Made by a program: the position numbers and the translations under genes
In this document: positions 9,529 through 18,545 of the stretch, in pieces
Position numbering within the stretch: the first letter of the stretch is position 1
Layout of the letters: every line of letters starts with the position of its first letter
NCBI GenBank assembly: GCA_034670305.1
Contig: JAXMNT010000033.1
Location: forward strand, 20,386-84,385
DNA length: 64,000 nucleotides
Origin: Deltaproteobacteria bacterium
GTDB lineage: Bacteria; Myxococcota_A; Polyangia; Polyangiales; Houyiibacteriaceae
Direction of reading: 5' to 3'
Notes under the pieces: generated by a model
Database searches by the model: none
What the model saw: the letters and a program-made list of their open reading frames with translations, nothing else
What the model was told of the DNA's origin: nothing

Positions 9529-11294
9529 CACAGATCGCTGGAGAACTGGACCCCGAACATCGGGGCGTGTTGAACGGCGAGTTCTTTCCCGTCGCCAAGG
9601 TACATGTGCACGCCGCACGGCAGACACGGATCGAACGAACGCACGGTGCGCATGATGTCGATGCCCTTGAAGTCGTCCTTGCCGTTCTCCTCGAAGATCG
9701 GCGAACCCTGCACCGCGTCTTCGTAGGGCCCCGGCGTGCCGAAGGAATCCCGCGGGCTCGCGTTCCACGGCGTCGGTGGGTACGGGTGGTAGTTCGCGAT
9801 CTTGCCCTCTCGAATCACCATGTGGTGCGAGAGCATGCCGCGCACCGCTTCGTGAAAGCCGCACCCGATCGCTTCGTCCGGCACCTCGAAGTCCGTCCAC
9901 GTCCGGGTCTCGCCGGAGTGAACGAGCGCCATCGCCTTCTCGAGGAAGTGGAGCGCCATTGCCGCGGCGTACGCCTGAAAGTAGGTGCGTGCGCGGTTGC
10001 GCTCGAGCGTGTTGCTCCACTTCGGGATCTTCCACTCGAGTTCGGTCTCCGGCAGCGTCGCACCCTTCGGCAGCCGAATCTTCACCGAATCGCCGGTGGC
10101 TTCGACGTACCCGACATCCACCTTCTTCGCGAGCGCGGTCGTCCACAGCCGGGCGAGCGGTCCGCCGCCGGTGCCAAGCGCGAGAAAGTCGTCGGTGCCG
10201 GGCGGTTGCCAGCGCGGGCTCATCACCCAGGTGTACTTGTCTTTGAGGTCGCGCTTCTGCGGCCGCGGTTTGGTGGTCTGGTTCCAGGGATGGCGGGGAT
10301 CGATCTTGTTGCCGAGCGGGTCTTCGGTGACGAACATCTCGCCGCCTTCCCAGTCCTCGTAGAAGCTCGACCCGAGCAAGATGCGCATGCCGACGTTGAT
10401 CTCCACGAGATCGGTCGTGACGAGTTTCCCGTCGATGATCACGCCCGGCGTCACGAACATCTCGCGGCCCCAGTCGGTCATCGTCTCGTAGCGGAAGTCG
10501 CAGTGATCCGGGTTCTGGAACGAGCCCATGCAGCCGAGCAAGATCCGACGCCGCCCGACTTCTTCGTAGCCAGGGAGCGCTTCGTAGAAGAAGTCGAAGA
10601 GGTCGTCGTGAAGCGGCACCATGCGCTTGCAGAACTCGATGTACTTGTGGAGCCGGACCGCGTAGTCCGTGAAGATCTGGATGGTGGGCACCGTGCCGAC
10701 GCCGCCTGGGTACACGGTGGACGGGTGCACGTGCCGACCCTCCATCAAGCAGAACATCTCCCGGGTCAGGCGGCTCATCTGCAGCGCCTCTCGGTAGAGC
10801 TCGCCCTCGAACGGGTTCAGCGAGCTCATGATGTCCGCGATGGTGCGGTAGCCGTGGATCTCCGCGTGCGGCGCTTCGGTGTGTTTCGCTTTCTCCCACA
10901 CCGACGGGTTCGTCTCCTCGACCATCTTCTGACAGAAGTCGACCCCGACCAGATTGTCCTGGAAGAGGTTGTGGTCGAACATGTACTCGGCCGCTTCCCC
11001 GAGGTTGACGATCCACTCGGCGAGGTGCGGCGGCCGGATGCCGTACGCCATGTTCTGCGCGTACACCGAACACGTCGCGTGGTTGTCGCCGCAGATACCG
11101 CAGATGCGGCTCGTGATGAAGTGCGCGTCTCGAGGGTCCTTGCCCTTCATGAACACGCTGTAGCCGCGAAAGATGGAGCTGGTGCTGTGGCACTCCACCA
11201 CCTGACGGTTCTCGAAGTCGATCTTGGTGTGGATGCCGAGGCTCCCGACGATGCGGGTGATCGGATCCCAAGACATCTCCACGAGGTCGCTCAT
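9528..11294 (-). CDS. hhyL: Group 1h [NiFe]-hydrogenase large subunit
   Basis: L1 TSRICGICGDNH and L2 SFDPCLPCGVH signatures; WDPITRIVGSLG N-terminus. Confidence 0.97.
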   Translation of the reverse strand: MSDLVEMSWDPITRIVGSLGIHTKIDFENRQVVECHSTSSIFRGYSVFMKGKDPRDAHFITSRICGICGDNHATCSVYAQNMAYGIRPPHLAEWIVNLGEAAEYMFDHNLFQDNLVGVDFCQKMVEETNPSVWEKAKHTEAPHAEIHGYRTIADIMSSLNPFEGELYREALQMSRLTREMFCLMEGRHVHPSTVYPGGVGTVPTIQIFTDYAVRLHKYIEFCKRMVPLHDDLFDFFYEALPGYEEVGRRRILLGCMGSFQNPDHCDFRYETMTDWGREMFVTPGVIIDGKLVTTDLVEINVGMRILLGSSFYEDWEGGEMFVTEDPLGNKIDPRHPWNQTTKPRPQKRDLKDKYTWVMSPRWQPPGTDDFLALGTGGGPLARLWTTALAKKVDVGYVEATGDSVKIRLPKGATLPETELEWKIPKWSNTLERNRARTYFQAYAAAMALHFLEKAMALVHSGETRTWTDFEVPDEAIGCGFHEAVRGMLSHHMVIREGKIANYHPYPPTPWNASPRDSFGTPGPYEDAVQGSPIFEENGKDDFKGIDIMRTVRSFDPCLPCGVHMYLGDGKELAVQHAPMFGVQFSSDL

Positions 11295-12337
11295 TCGGGT
11301 TTGTATCCTGTGGTGAGCTCGTCGGATGGCTTGCGCCACGACGGCTCTTTCTCGAGCGAACTCTTGGTGAAGTTCCGGAGCGCGCGCACCGTGCGCCCGT
11401 ACAGCAGCACGGCGGCCGACGACATGATCGCGCCGGGTGGTTCGTCCATGAACGGCATGAACTTGTCGGGGAAGCCGGGCATCGTGCAGCCGATGCAGAG
11501 GCCGCCGACGTTGGGACAGCCGCCGATGCCGTTCATCCAGCCGCGCTTGGCCACGTTGCAACGCGTGACCGGGCCCCAGCACCCGAGCTTCACGATGCAC
11601 TTGGCGCTTCCGAACGACGCCGCGAAGTCGCCCTGCTCGTAGTACCCGCCCCGGTCGCAGCCTTCGTGCACCGTCTGGCTGAACAGCCACGTGGGACGGA
11701 GCGCCGCGTCGAGCGGAATCATCGGAGAGAGCCCGGCCGCCTGGTAGAGCAGGTAGAGCAGCGTCTCCATGAAGTTGTCCGGCTGCACGGGACAGCCGGG
11801 GATGCAGACCGTGGGGATGCCGGCCGCGGTCTCGAAGTCCCACCCGAGGTAATCCGAGAGGCCCATCGCACCGGTCGGGTTGCCCTCCATCGCGTGGATG
11901 CCGCCGTAGGTCGCGCAGGTCCCGACCGCCACCACCGCGAACGCGCCGGGCGCGAGCCGATCGATCCAGTCGCAGGTCTTGATCGGCTGGCCGGTCTCCG
12001 GGTCGTTGCCGAACGCGGCCCAGTAGCCCTCCCCGCTCACCTTCTCGTTGGGGATCGATCCTTCGATCACGAGGATGTACGGCAGGGTCGCTTCGCCGCG
12101 GGCCGCCCGGTGGAAGGGGGCCAGAAAGTCGTCGCCCGTTTCGTAAGCGAGCAGCGGGTTGTGGAGGTTGACCTTGGGCAACCCGGGAATGGCGCCCATG
12201 ACGACGTCTTCGATGCTGGGCTGGGTGGCCCCGGTCATCGAGACGGAGTCGCCGTCACAGCTGAGTCCCGCCGTGATCCAGAGCACATCGAGCTCCGGGA
12301 CGTCGGATTGTGGAAACTGCCAGACCTTCTCCCCCAT
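11291..12337 (-). CDS. hhyS: Group 1h [NiFe]-hydrogenase small subunit
   Basis: GLSCDGD (3Cys/1Asp proximal-cluster type), GTCATYGG, PGCP, HEGCDR, GCWGP..CN, CP..GGLCIGCT; no Tat signal. Confidence 0.96.
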   Translation of the reverse strand: MGEKVWQFPQSDVPELDVLWITAGLSCDGDSVSMTGATQPSIEDVVMGAIPGLPKVNLHNPLLAYETGDDFLAPFHRAARGEATLPYILVIEGSIPNEKVSGEGYWAAFGNDPETGQPIKTCDWIDRLAPGAFAVVAVGTCATYGGIHAMEGNPTGAMGLSDYLGWDFETAAGIPTVCIPGCPVQPDNFMETLLYLLYQAAGLSPMIPLDAALRPTWLFSQTVHEGCDRGGYYEQGDFAASFGSAKCIVKLGCWGPVTRCNVAKRGWMNGIGGCPNVGGLCIGCTMPGFPDKFMPFMDEPPGAIMSSAAVLLYGRTVRALRNFTKSSLEKEPSWRKPSDELTTGYKPE

Positions 12338-12457
12338 CGCAGCAGAACGTATCAGCTCGGCCCGGGGAGATCAGCGAAGCTTCGTACCGTCGGCCAGAAG
12401 CACACGCTCGCCGACGTGCACCTGCGCACGCCACGGCGCGAGCAACGGGTGCACTTC

Positions 12458-13501
12458 TCAGCAGATCCGGGGGAGCGCTTCGCCGCTGAGGAGCGGCAAC
12501 ACCCGCTGGGTCCCGAACGAGGTCTCGACCACCACCCGAATCGGCGGTTCGGTGGCCTCCCCGATCTGGGAGGCGGCCGCGCCGAGCGGGTGCGCGCGCA
12601 TCGCCGCGAGCGCCGCGGCGGCTTCGTCCTGGGGCACGACCGCGACCAGCTTGCCCTCGTTGGCGACGTAGAACGGGTCGAGGCCGAGCATCTCGCAGGC
12701 GCCGCGAACGGTCTCGTGTACGGGGACCGCTGCCTCGTCGATCCGGATGCCGACGCCAGACGCCGACGCGAACTCGTTGAGCGCGCTCGCCAGCCCACCC
12801 CGGGTCGGGTCCCGCAGACAACGCGTGTGCGGCGCAGCGTCGAGCACCGACGCCACCAGATCGTGCAGCGGTGCCGCGTCGCTTTCGATCGCCCCGTCGA
12901 ACGTCAGCCCTTCGCGCACGCTGAGGATCGCGACGCCGTGGTCGCCCATCGTCCCGCTGACCAGCACGACGTCGCCGGGCTCGATGGCGGTGGCGGTGAG
13001 CGCGCGGCCTACCGGCACGCGGCCGACGCCGGTGGTGTTGATGAAGATGCCGTCGCCGTTGCCCCGATCGACGACCTTGGTGTCGCCCGCCACGATCCGC
13101 ACGCCGGCCCGCACGCAGGCATCGCGCATCGAGCGTGCGAGGGACGCGAGCTCGGCGAGGGGCAACCCCTCCTCGAGAATGAACGCCGCGGTGATCCACT
13201 CGGGGATCGCACCGGAGACCGCGAGGTCGTTCACGGTTCCGTAGACGGCGAGGCTGCCGATGTCGCCGCCAGGGAAGCGCCACGGGGACACCACGAAGCT
13301 GTCGGTGGTGATCGCGATCCGCGCCCCGGAGGTCTCGACGATGGCGGAGTCTTCGCGGGCGTCGGGCCCGATGTCGCCGAACGCGTCGAGGAACACGTGT
13401 TCGAGCAAGTCCGCGCTGAGCCGACCCCCGCTGCCGTGCCCGAGCACGACCTCGTCGTAGCGGCTCGCCGGCACGGGACACGACGCGTCTTCGTCCGTCA
13501 T
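12458..13501 (-). CDS. hypE: Hydrogenase maturation protein HypE
   Basis: HGSGG, TTDSFVV, GTVNDLA, GDTKVV, RDPTRGG, ANEG, C-terminal PRIC. Confidence 0.97.
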   Translation of the reverse strand: MTDEDASCPVPASRYDEVVLGHGSGGRLSADLLEHVFLDAFGDIGPDAREDSAIVETSGARIAITTDSFVVSPWRFPGGDIGSLAVYGTVNDLAVSGAIPEWITAAFILEEGLPLAELASLARSMRDACVRAGVRIVAGDTKVVDRGNGDGIFINTTGVGRVPVGRALTATAIEPGDVVLVSGTMGDHGVAILSVREGLTFDGAIESDAAPLHDLVASVLDAAPHTRCLRDPTRGGLASALNEFASASGVGIRIDEAAVPVHETVRGACEMLGLDPFYVANEGKLVAVVPQDEAAAALAAMRAHPLGAAASQIGEATEPPIRVVVETSFGTQRVLPLLSGEALPRIC

Positions 13502-13559
13502 CCGAACGCGTCCTTCATCCCAGCCCGTCCTTCCCTGCGTTCATCGGCGAGCACGTCCT

Positions 13560-14168
13560 TCATCCGAGCACGTCTTCGGCGCCGCGCACGAGGTGCAGCG
13601 TGTCCCAGAGCAAGTGCACGAGCAGCCCGTGGGTCTCCTGGATGCGGTGGGTCGAGAAACTCTCCACCACGAAGCAGTGGTCGCAGAGTTCGGGGAACGA
13701 GCCGCCGTCGCGGCCGGCGAACCCGATGGTCAACAGATCGAGCTCGCGTGCGCGTTTGAGTCCGCGCACGACGTTGCGGGACTTGCCGCTCGTGCTGATC
13801 CCCAGCACGACATCGCCCGCCTGCGCGAAGACGTCGAGCTGGCTGACGAACGCGAGGGAGAAGTCCTGGTCGTTGCCGACCGCGGAGAGCAACACCGAAT
13901 CCGCCGCGAGTGTGGCCGCCGGGTACGCCGGACGTTTTTCGACGATCGGATGGGTCATCTCCACCGCGAAGTGCGCTGCGTCGCACGCGCTCCCGCCGTT
14001 GCCCATGAGCCAGAGCCGGCCTCCCTGCGCGAGCGCGTCTCCGAGCGCGACCGCGCACTGCACGATGGCTTCGGCGTGTGCGTCGACGAACCGAGCTTGC
14101 GTCTCCGCGGCTTCGCGCTGTTTGCGGCGCACACTATCTCCGAGCGCCGCGAGGTCGACGTCGCTCAT
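13560..14168 (-). CDS. SIS-domain GmhA-like protein of hydrogenase clusters
   Basis: [33 protein letters not shown] overlap with hypD. Confidence 0.9.
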   Translation of the reverse strand: MSDVDLAALGDSVRRKQREAAETQARFVDAHAEAIVQCAVALGDALAQGGRLWLMGNGGSACDAAHFAVEMTHPIVEKRPAYPAATLAADSVLLSAVGNDQDFSLAFVSQLDVFAQAGDVVLGISTSGKSRNVVRGLKRARELDLLTIGFAGRDGGSFPELCDHCFVVESFSTHRIQETHGLLVHLLWDTLHLVRGAEDVLG

Positions 14169-15280
14169 CGCACGCGGCCGAGCGGCACGAGTTTCTGAGG
14201 ACGGCCGTACGCAAAGTACGCCGCGCATGCGCCTTCTGAGCTGACCATCGTCGCGCCGAGCGGATGTTCGGGCGTGCAGTTGCTGCGGAACTCAGGACAC
14301 TCGTCCGGTTTGGCCAGCCCGCGCAGTACCCGACCGCTGATGCACGCTTCTGGTTCGCGGGTTTCGATGTCTTCCACCTCGAAACGCCGCGCCGCGTCGT
14401 AGTCCCGGTACTCGTAGCGGAGCGACAAGCCGCTCTTCGGAATGTTGCCCACCCCGCGCCAGCTCCGGTCGCACACCTCGAACACCTCGTCCATGACCCG
14501 CCGGCCTTCGGGGTTGCCGTCTCGACGCACCGCGCGACCGTACGCGTTGTCGACCTCCCCGCGACCCGCTTCGAGCTGCTCCACCGCGCGCCGCACTCCG
14601 TCGACCAGATCGAGCGGTTCGAAGCCGGTGACCACGATCGGCACCTGGTAGCGGGCTGCGATGGGTGTGTACTCGCCGAGGCCCATGACCGTGCACACGT
14701 GGCCCGGTCCGAGGAACGCCTGCACCCGGTTGTCCGAGGCCTGGAGGATCGACGTGATCATCGGCGGCACGAGCACGTGCGAGACGAGCAGACTGAAACG
14801 CGTGAGCCCGCGGGCCTTCGCCACCTTCGCCGCCATCGCGTTCGCCGGCGCGGTGGTCTCGAACCCGATCGCGAAGAACACCACGTCGCGATCCGGGTTC
14901 TCCTCGGCGATGCGCACCGCATCGAGCGGCGAGTACACGATGCGCACGTCGGCGCCGCGCGACTTGAGCGCGAGCAGGTCCCCGCGCGAGCCCGGCACCC
15001 GCAGCATGTCTCCAAACGAACAGAACACGACCCCGGGTTTCGACGCGATCGCGTGCGCGCGATCGATCATCGAGAGCGGCGTCACACACACCGGACACCC
15101 CGGCCCATGCACGAGCTCCACCTCTTCGGGGAAGAGTGCATCGAGCCCATGTTTGACGATGCTGTGCGTCTGCCCGCCACACACCTCCATGAGCACCCAC
15201 GGCTGGGTCACGATCTCCGCGAGCTTGCCAGCCGCCGCCGTCACCGCCTCCCCATCGCGGTACTCATCCAGGTACTTCAC
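14165..15280 (-). CDS. hypD: Hydrogenase formation protein HypD
   Basis: [37 protein letters not shown]. Confidence 0.97.
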   Translation of the reverse strand: MKYLDEYRDGEAVTAAAGKLAEIVTQPWVLMEVCGGQTHSIVKHGLDALFPEEVELVHGPGCPVCVTPLSMIDRAHAIASKPGVVFCSFGDMLRVPGSRGDLLALKSRGADVRIVYSPLDAVRIAEENPDRDVVFFAIGFETTAPANAMAAKVAKARGLTRFSLLVSHVLVPPMITSILQASDNRVQAFLGPGHVCTVMGLGEYTPIAARYQVPIVVTGFEPLDLVDGVRRAVEQLEAGRGEVDNAYGRAVRRDGNPEGRRVMDEVFEVCDRSWRGVGNIPKSGLSLRYEYRDYDAARRFEVEDIETREPEACISGRVLRGLAKPDECPEFRSNCTPEHPLGATMVSSEGACAAYFAYGRPQKLVPLGRVR

Positions 15281-15846
15281 GACGAGACCCGACCAGAGCC
15301 ACCAGGGGCAGCGGCGACAGGTTCGGAAGCGGTGTCGGAAGCGGAAGCGGTGTCGGAAGCGGAAGCGGTGTCGGAAGCGGAAGCGGAAGCGGAAGCGGTG
15401 TCGGTAGCGGAAGCGGTGTCGGTAGCGGAAGCGGAAGCGGTGTCGGTAGCGGAAGCGGAAGCGGAAGCGGTAGCGGTAGCGGAAGCGGTGTCGGCAACGG
15501 CTTCGGCGTCGGATTCGGCTTCGGCTTCGGCTTCGGCTTCGGATTCGGATTCGGATTCGGATTCGGATTCCGCGTCGGCCGCCGCCTGTTCAGCAGCATC
15601 GGCCTCCGCTTCGAGGTCCTCCATCTCTCCGAACTCCTTCAAGAACTCGAAGATCCGCCGCGCCTCCGCCTCGTCGATCCGGCTCAACGCGAACCCCACG
15701 TGCACCAGCACCCACTCCCCGACCTTCGCGTCGGTCAGGTACTCCAGACACACCGCTTTCTGGATCCCACCGAAGCTGACCTTCGCCATGCGAAGTCCGC
15801 GCACTTCGCCGACCTCGACGATCCGGCCCGGTATGCCCAAACACAT
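15277..15846 (-). CDS. hypC: HypC chaperone with a long low-complexity C-terminal tail
   Basis: MCLGIPG N-terminus and VLVHVGFA; tail of ES/EA/TASA repeats. Confidence 0.93.
   Translation of the reverse strand: MCLGIPGRIVEVGEVRGLRMAKVSFGGIQKAVCLEYLTDAKVGEWVLVHVGFALSRIDEAEARRIFEFLKEFGEMEDLEAEADAAEQAAADAESESESESESEAEAEAEAESDAEAVADTASATATASASASATDTASASATDTASATDTASASASASDTASASDTASASDTASEPVAAAPGGSGRVSS
15322..15571. repeat. Hexamer repeat tract (GGAAGC/GGTGTC/GGTAGC, then GGCTTC/GGATTC) in the hypC 3' end
   Basis: Directly visible. Confidence 0.9.
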
Positions 15847-15906
15847 AAGGGTCCAGGTACACCTACGCCGCGAGCGGAAGCAAGCGCCGACGCGTCGCGC
15901 GGCGTT

Positions 15907-16545
15907 CTACTTGCCGAGCAAAGCGATCTTCGCGAGCGAGGCGCCCTGTTTGATCTTCGCGGCGATGCCGCTCGCCGGCCGCAGCGGGACGTGACCCGCA
16001 AGCTTCTGACCGCGCGCCATCGTGTGGATCTTCTTCTTCACCGGCGCGCTGAGCCCACCTTCGACCGTGGACAGTTCGCTGAGGAGCGCGAAGACGTTGC
16101 CGAGATCGAAGAAGTCGCGCTGCCAGCTCCACTTGAAGTCGCCGCCGTATTTGAACCAGCTGCCGCCGCAGCCCGCGACTTCGTACGGCGTGCCGTCGGG
16201 ACGCGTGATCGGCGCGCGCTGGCGCCAGAAGCCGACGAGCTCTCCGAGTTTGTCGTCGATGACGAACCGGTCGTACGGGTACTGCCAGCCCTGGAAGCCA
16301 TCCATCTGGATGCCGATCGCGTTCTTCTTGATCTCCTCGAGACCGTTCGCGATGAACTCTTCGTTCGGTCCGATGTTCCAGCGGTAGTACGCGTCCTCCG
16401 TGTACATCGCGCCGAGGTACGTGACCCAGTCGCCGGTCTCTTCGGCGAGGCGGTTGGCCTCGAGCCAGCGCCGGCTCATCTCTTCGAGTTCTTCGCGCGG
16501 GTACGCAACGGTCGGGGTCTGGGCAACGGGATGAAGTTCAATCAT
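15907..16545 (-). CDS. NTF2/SnoaL-like protein resembling mycobacterial Rv0762c
   Basis: YPREEL..RWL.ANR.AE..GDW, Y.WNIGP.E, MDG.QGW.YPY, GGSWF.Y.G..KW.WQRDFFD match my recollection of Rv0762c; adjacent to CYP51. Confidence 0.8.
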   Translation of the reverse strand: MIELHPVAQTPTVAYPREELEEMSRRWLEANRLAEETGDWVTYLGAMYTEDAYYRWNIGPNEEFIANGLEEIKKNAIGIQMDGFQGWQYPYDRFVIDDKLGELVGFWRQRAPITRPDGTPYEVAGCGGSWFKYGGDFKWSWQRDFFDLGNVFALLSELSTVEGGLSAPVKKKIHTMARGQKLAGHVPLRPASGIAAKIKQGASLAKIALLGK

Positions 16546-16548
16546 GGC

Positions 16549-18276
16549 TCACTCTTTCCCCGCGTCGGGGTCGGTCTGGGTCCAGGCGATGGTCCGGTTG
16601 GGACAGTGTTCGTAGGCGCGTTCGATGCGATCGTAGAGCGCGTCTCGGTCGGTCGAGGAGGCCGTCATGGCCGCATCGCCGGAGGAGAGCACCGCGTCCT
16701 GGGAAGCGCTGGGCAAACCGGTCACCTCGGGCAAGAGCTCCGCTTCACCGAGGTCGTTCACCCGGAAGACCGCGGGCGCTTCGCTCACGCAGACGCTGTG
16801 TCCCTGGCAGAGCTGGGTGTCGATCGTCAGCCGCACCGGCTTGTCGCGATCGAGCAGCTTCTTCTTCGTCGACTTCAGTTCGGTCGTGACCGGCGCCACC
16901 TTCTGGCGGGTTCGGTAGCGGACCCGGCAGGGAGGACGCGGCATGACGGTCGCGGTGTCGTAGTTGTCCTCGTAGCTCGCGTCTGGCTGCGCGAGCTCGA
17001 AGTCGTACTCATGCAGAAGCGTGGCGGCGACGGCCTTGAGCTGGAGCAGCCCGAACGCGTTGCCGGTGCACTTGTGTTTGCCGCCCCCGAACGCGATCCA
17101 GGCGAACTGGTTCTTGTCTTCGCCGCGGCTGTAGCGGTCTGCGTCGAACCGCTCCGGATCCGGGAATACGCTGCCGACGCGGTGGCTGACCGCCGGCGAG
17201 GCGCAGACGAAGGAACCCGCGGGCACAGTGAAACCGTTGCAGTGGAACGGTTTGAGCACTTTGCGGAACAAGAAGATGAGCGGCGGGTGCAGCCGCAGCA
17301 CTTCTTTGATCACGTCGTGCAGAAACCGCATCTCGCGCAGACCGCGGTAGGTCAGCCCGCCTTCGGCCGCCATCACCGCGTCCACTTCCGCCCGCACACG
17401 CGCGAGGTAGTCGGGACGCCGGATGAGCTCGAGGATCGTCCAGGTCGCGGTGCCGGCGCTCGTGTGGTGGCCGGCCATCATGATCGCCACGAGGATCCCG
17501 GTGATCTCGTGCGCGCTCAGCCGTTCGCCATCTTTGTAGGTCGCGTCGAGCAGCGCCTGAAGCCCGTCGTCGGGTCGTTCGCCAGTCCGCTGGCGGCGCG
17601 CGAGGATGGCGTCGACGCGTTCGGTCAGTCGCTTGCGCGCCATGTCTCGGCGGCGGAACGAAGGAAGCGGCGCGTTCGGGTACACATACGCGAGCGGGTT
17701 GATGCCCTTCTCGAGGTGTCCGTAGAGTTCATGGAACTCGTGGGTCATGCCGGCGCGGAACTCGTCGCCGATGAGGCAGCGGCTCGACGCGTAGATGGTG
17801 ATCTCCTTCATGAGATCGAGCAGGTCGACTTCGCCGGAGGTGCCCCAGCTCGACACCTGCCGTTTGGTCTCGTCGCAGATGATGGGCGGGTAGCCGCGCA
17901 TGCGCTGATCGCGGAGCATGCGCATGACCATGCGGATCTGTTCTTCGAGCCGAGGCCCCGGCGCATCGAAGACCACGCCGTCTCCGAAGATCGGCGTCAT
18001 CAACTTGTAGGCTTCGCGCCGGCAGAGCTGATCGTCCGGCGCGCGGAAGAACGCTTCGTTCGCTTCCGGCCCGGTGAGCAGCACGACGTCTTGGTGCAGG
18101 AGCCGGAGCGCCACCAGATCGCCCTGTTCGGAGGCCCGTTTCAAGAGATCGAAGGGTCCCCGCACGAACTCCGCCATGTGACCGAGCACCGGATACTCCC
18201 GCGTCACCCGAGGCGGTGCGCCAGGGACTTTGGGCATGGCCCCGAGGACTCGAGCGGCTGTGGATACGACTCCCAT
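16549..18276 (-). CDS. cyp51: Sterol 14-alpha-demethylase (CYP51) fused to a C-terminal 3Fe-4S-type ferredoxin
   Basis: AYKLMTPIFG.GVVFD (SRS1), AGHHTS I-helix, EVLRLHPP, FGGGKHKCTG heme motif; C-terminal CQGHSVC...CP; AGGAG RBS. Confidence 0.9.
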   Translation of the reverse strand: MGVVSTAARVLGAMPKVPGAPPRVTREYPVLGHMAEFVRGPFDLLKRASEQGDLVALRLLHQDVVLLTGPEANEAFFRAPDDQLCRREAYKLMTPIFGDGVVFDAPGPRLEEQIRMVMRMLRDQRMRGYPPIICDETKRQVSSWGTSGEVDLLDLMKEITIYASSRCLIGDEFRAGMTHEFHELYGHLEKGINPLAYVYPNAPLPSFRRRDMARKRLTERVDAILARRQRTGERPDDGLQALLDATYKDGERLSAHEITGILVAIMMAGHHTSAGTATWTILELIRRPDYLARVRAEVDAVMAAEGGLTYRGLREMRFLHDVIKEVLRLHPPLIFLFRKVLKPFHCNGFTVPAGSFVCASPAVSHRVGSVFPDPERFDADRYSRGEDKNQFAWIAFGGGKHKCTGNAFGLLQLKAVAATLLHEYDFELAQPDASYEDNYDTATVMPRPPCRVRYRTRQKVAPVTTELKSTKKKLLDRDKPVRLTIDTQLCQGHSVCVSEAPAVFRVNDLGEAELLPEVTGLPSASQDAVLSSGDAAMTASSTDRDALYDRIERAYEHCPNRTIAWTQTDPDAGKE

Positions 18277-18468
18277 GGTTCTCCTGCCGGTACGTAGACG
18301 AGCATCCGCTTCTGGCCACCCGGTTCTGTGCGAATCGTCCCGAGCCGCGCGTGAACCGTCGTGCGGACCCCGTGATCCCGCCGCGAGAGCCCGCGACGAA
18401 GCTCCTCTGCTGGGTATTCACCCTGAAATTTCCGCGTGCGAACGGCCCCCAACCCGAGGTCACGGTGG

Positions 18469-18486
18469 TGTGAACGCGGCATCACA
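18469..18486. promoter_or_regulatory. Candidate palindromic operator TGTGA-N8-TCACA in the divergent cyp51/vWA intergenic region
   Basis: tgtgaacgcggcatcaca; CRP/FNR-like half sites, but spacing is 8 rather than the canonical 6. Confidence 0.3.
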
Positions 18487-18545
18487 ACCCGGTCGGAGGC
18501 GGGTCGCGTTTCCTTCGAAGAACCGCCGAGGGCACGGTTCTTCCA

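Noticed and set aside
13560-14168. gmhA as an LPS heptose biosynthesis gene
   Set aside because: GmhA-like SIS genes are regular members of group 1h clusters, and no other heptose genes are nearby, so no symbol was assigned
18529-18545. GGCACGGTTCTTCCA as a sigma-54 promoter for the vWA gene
   Set aside because: The -24 element is good but the -12 position reads CC rather than GC
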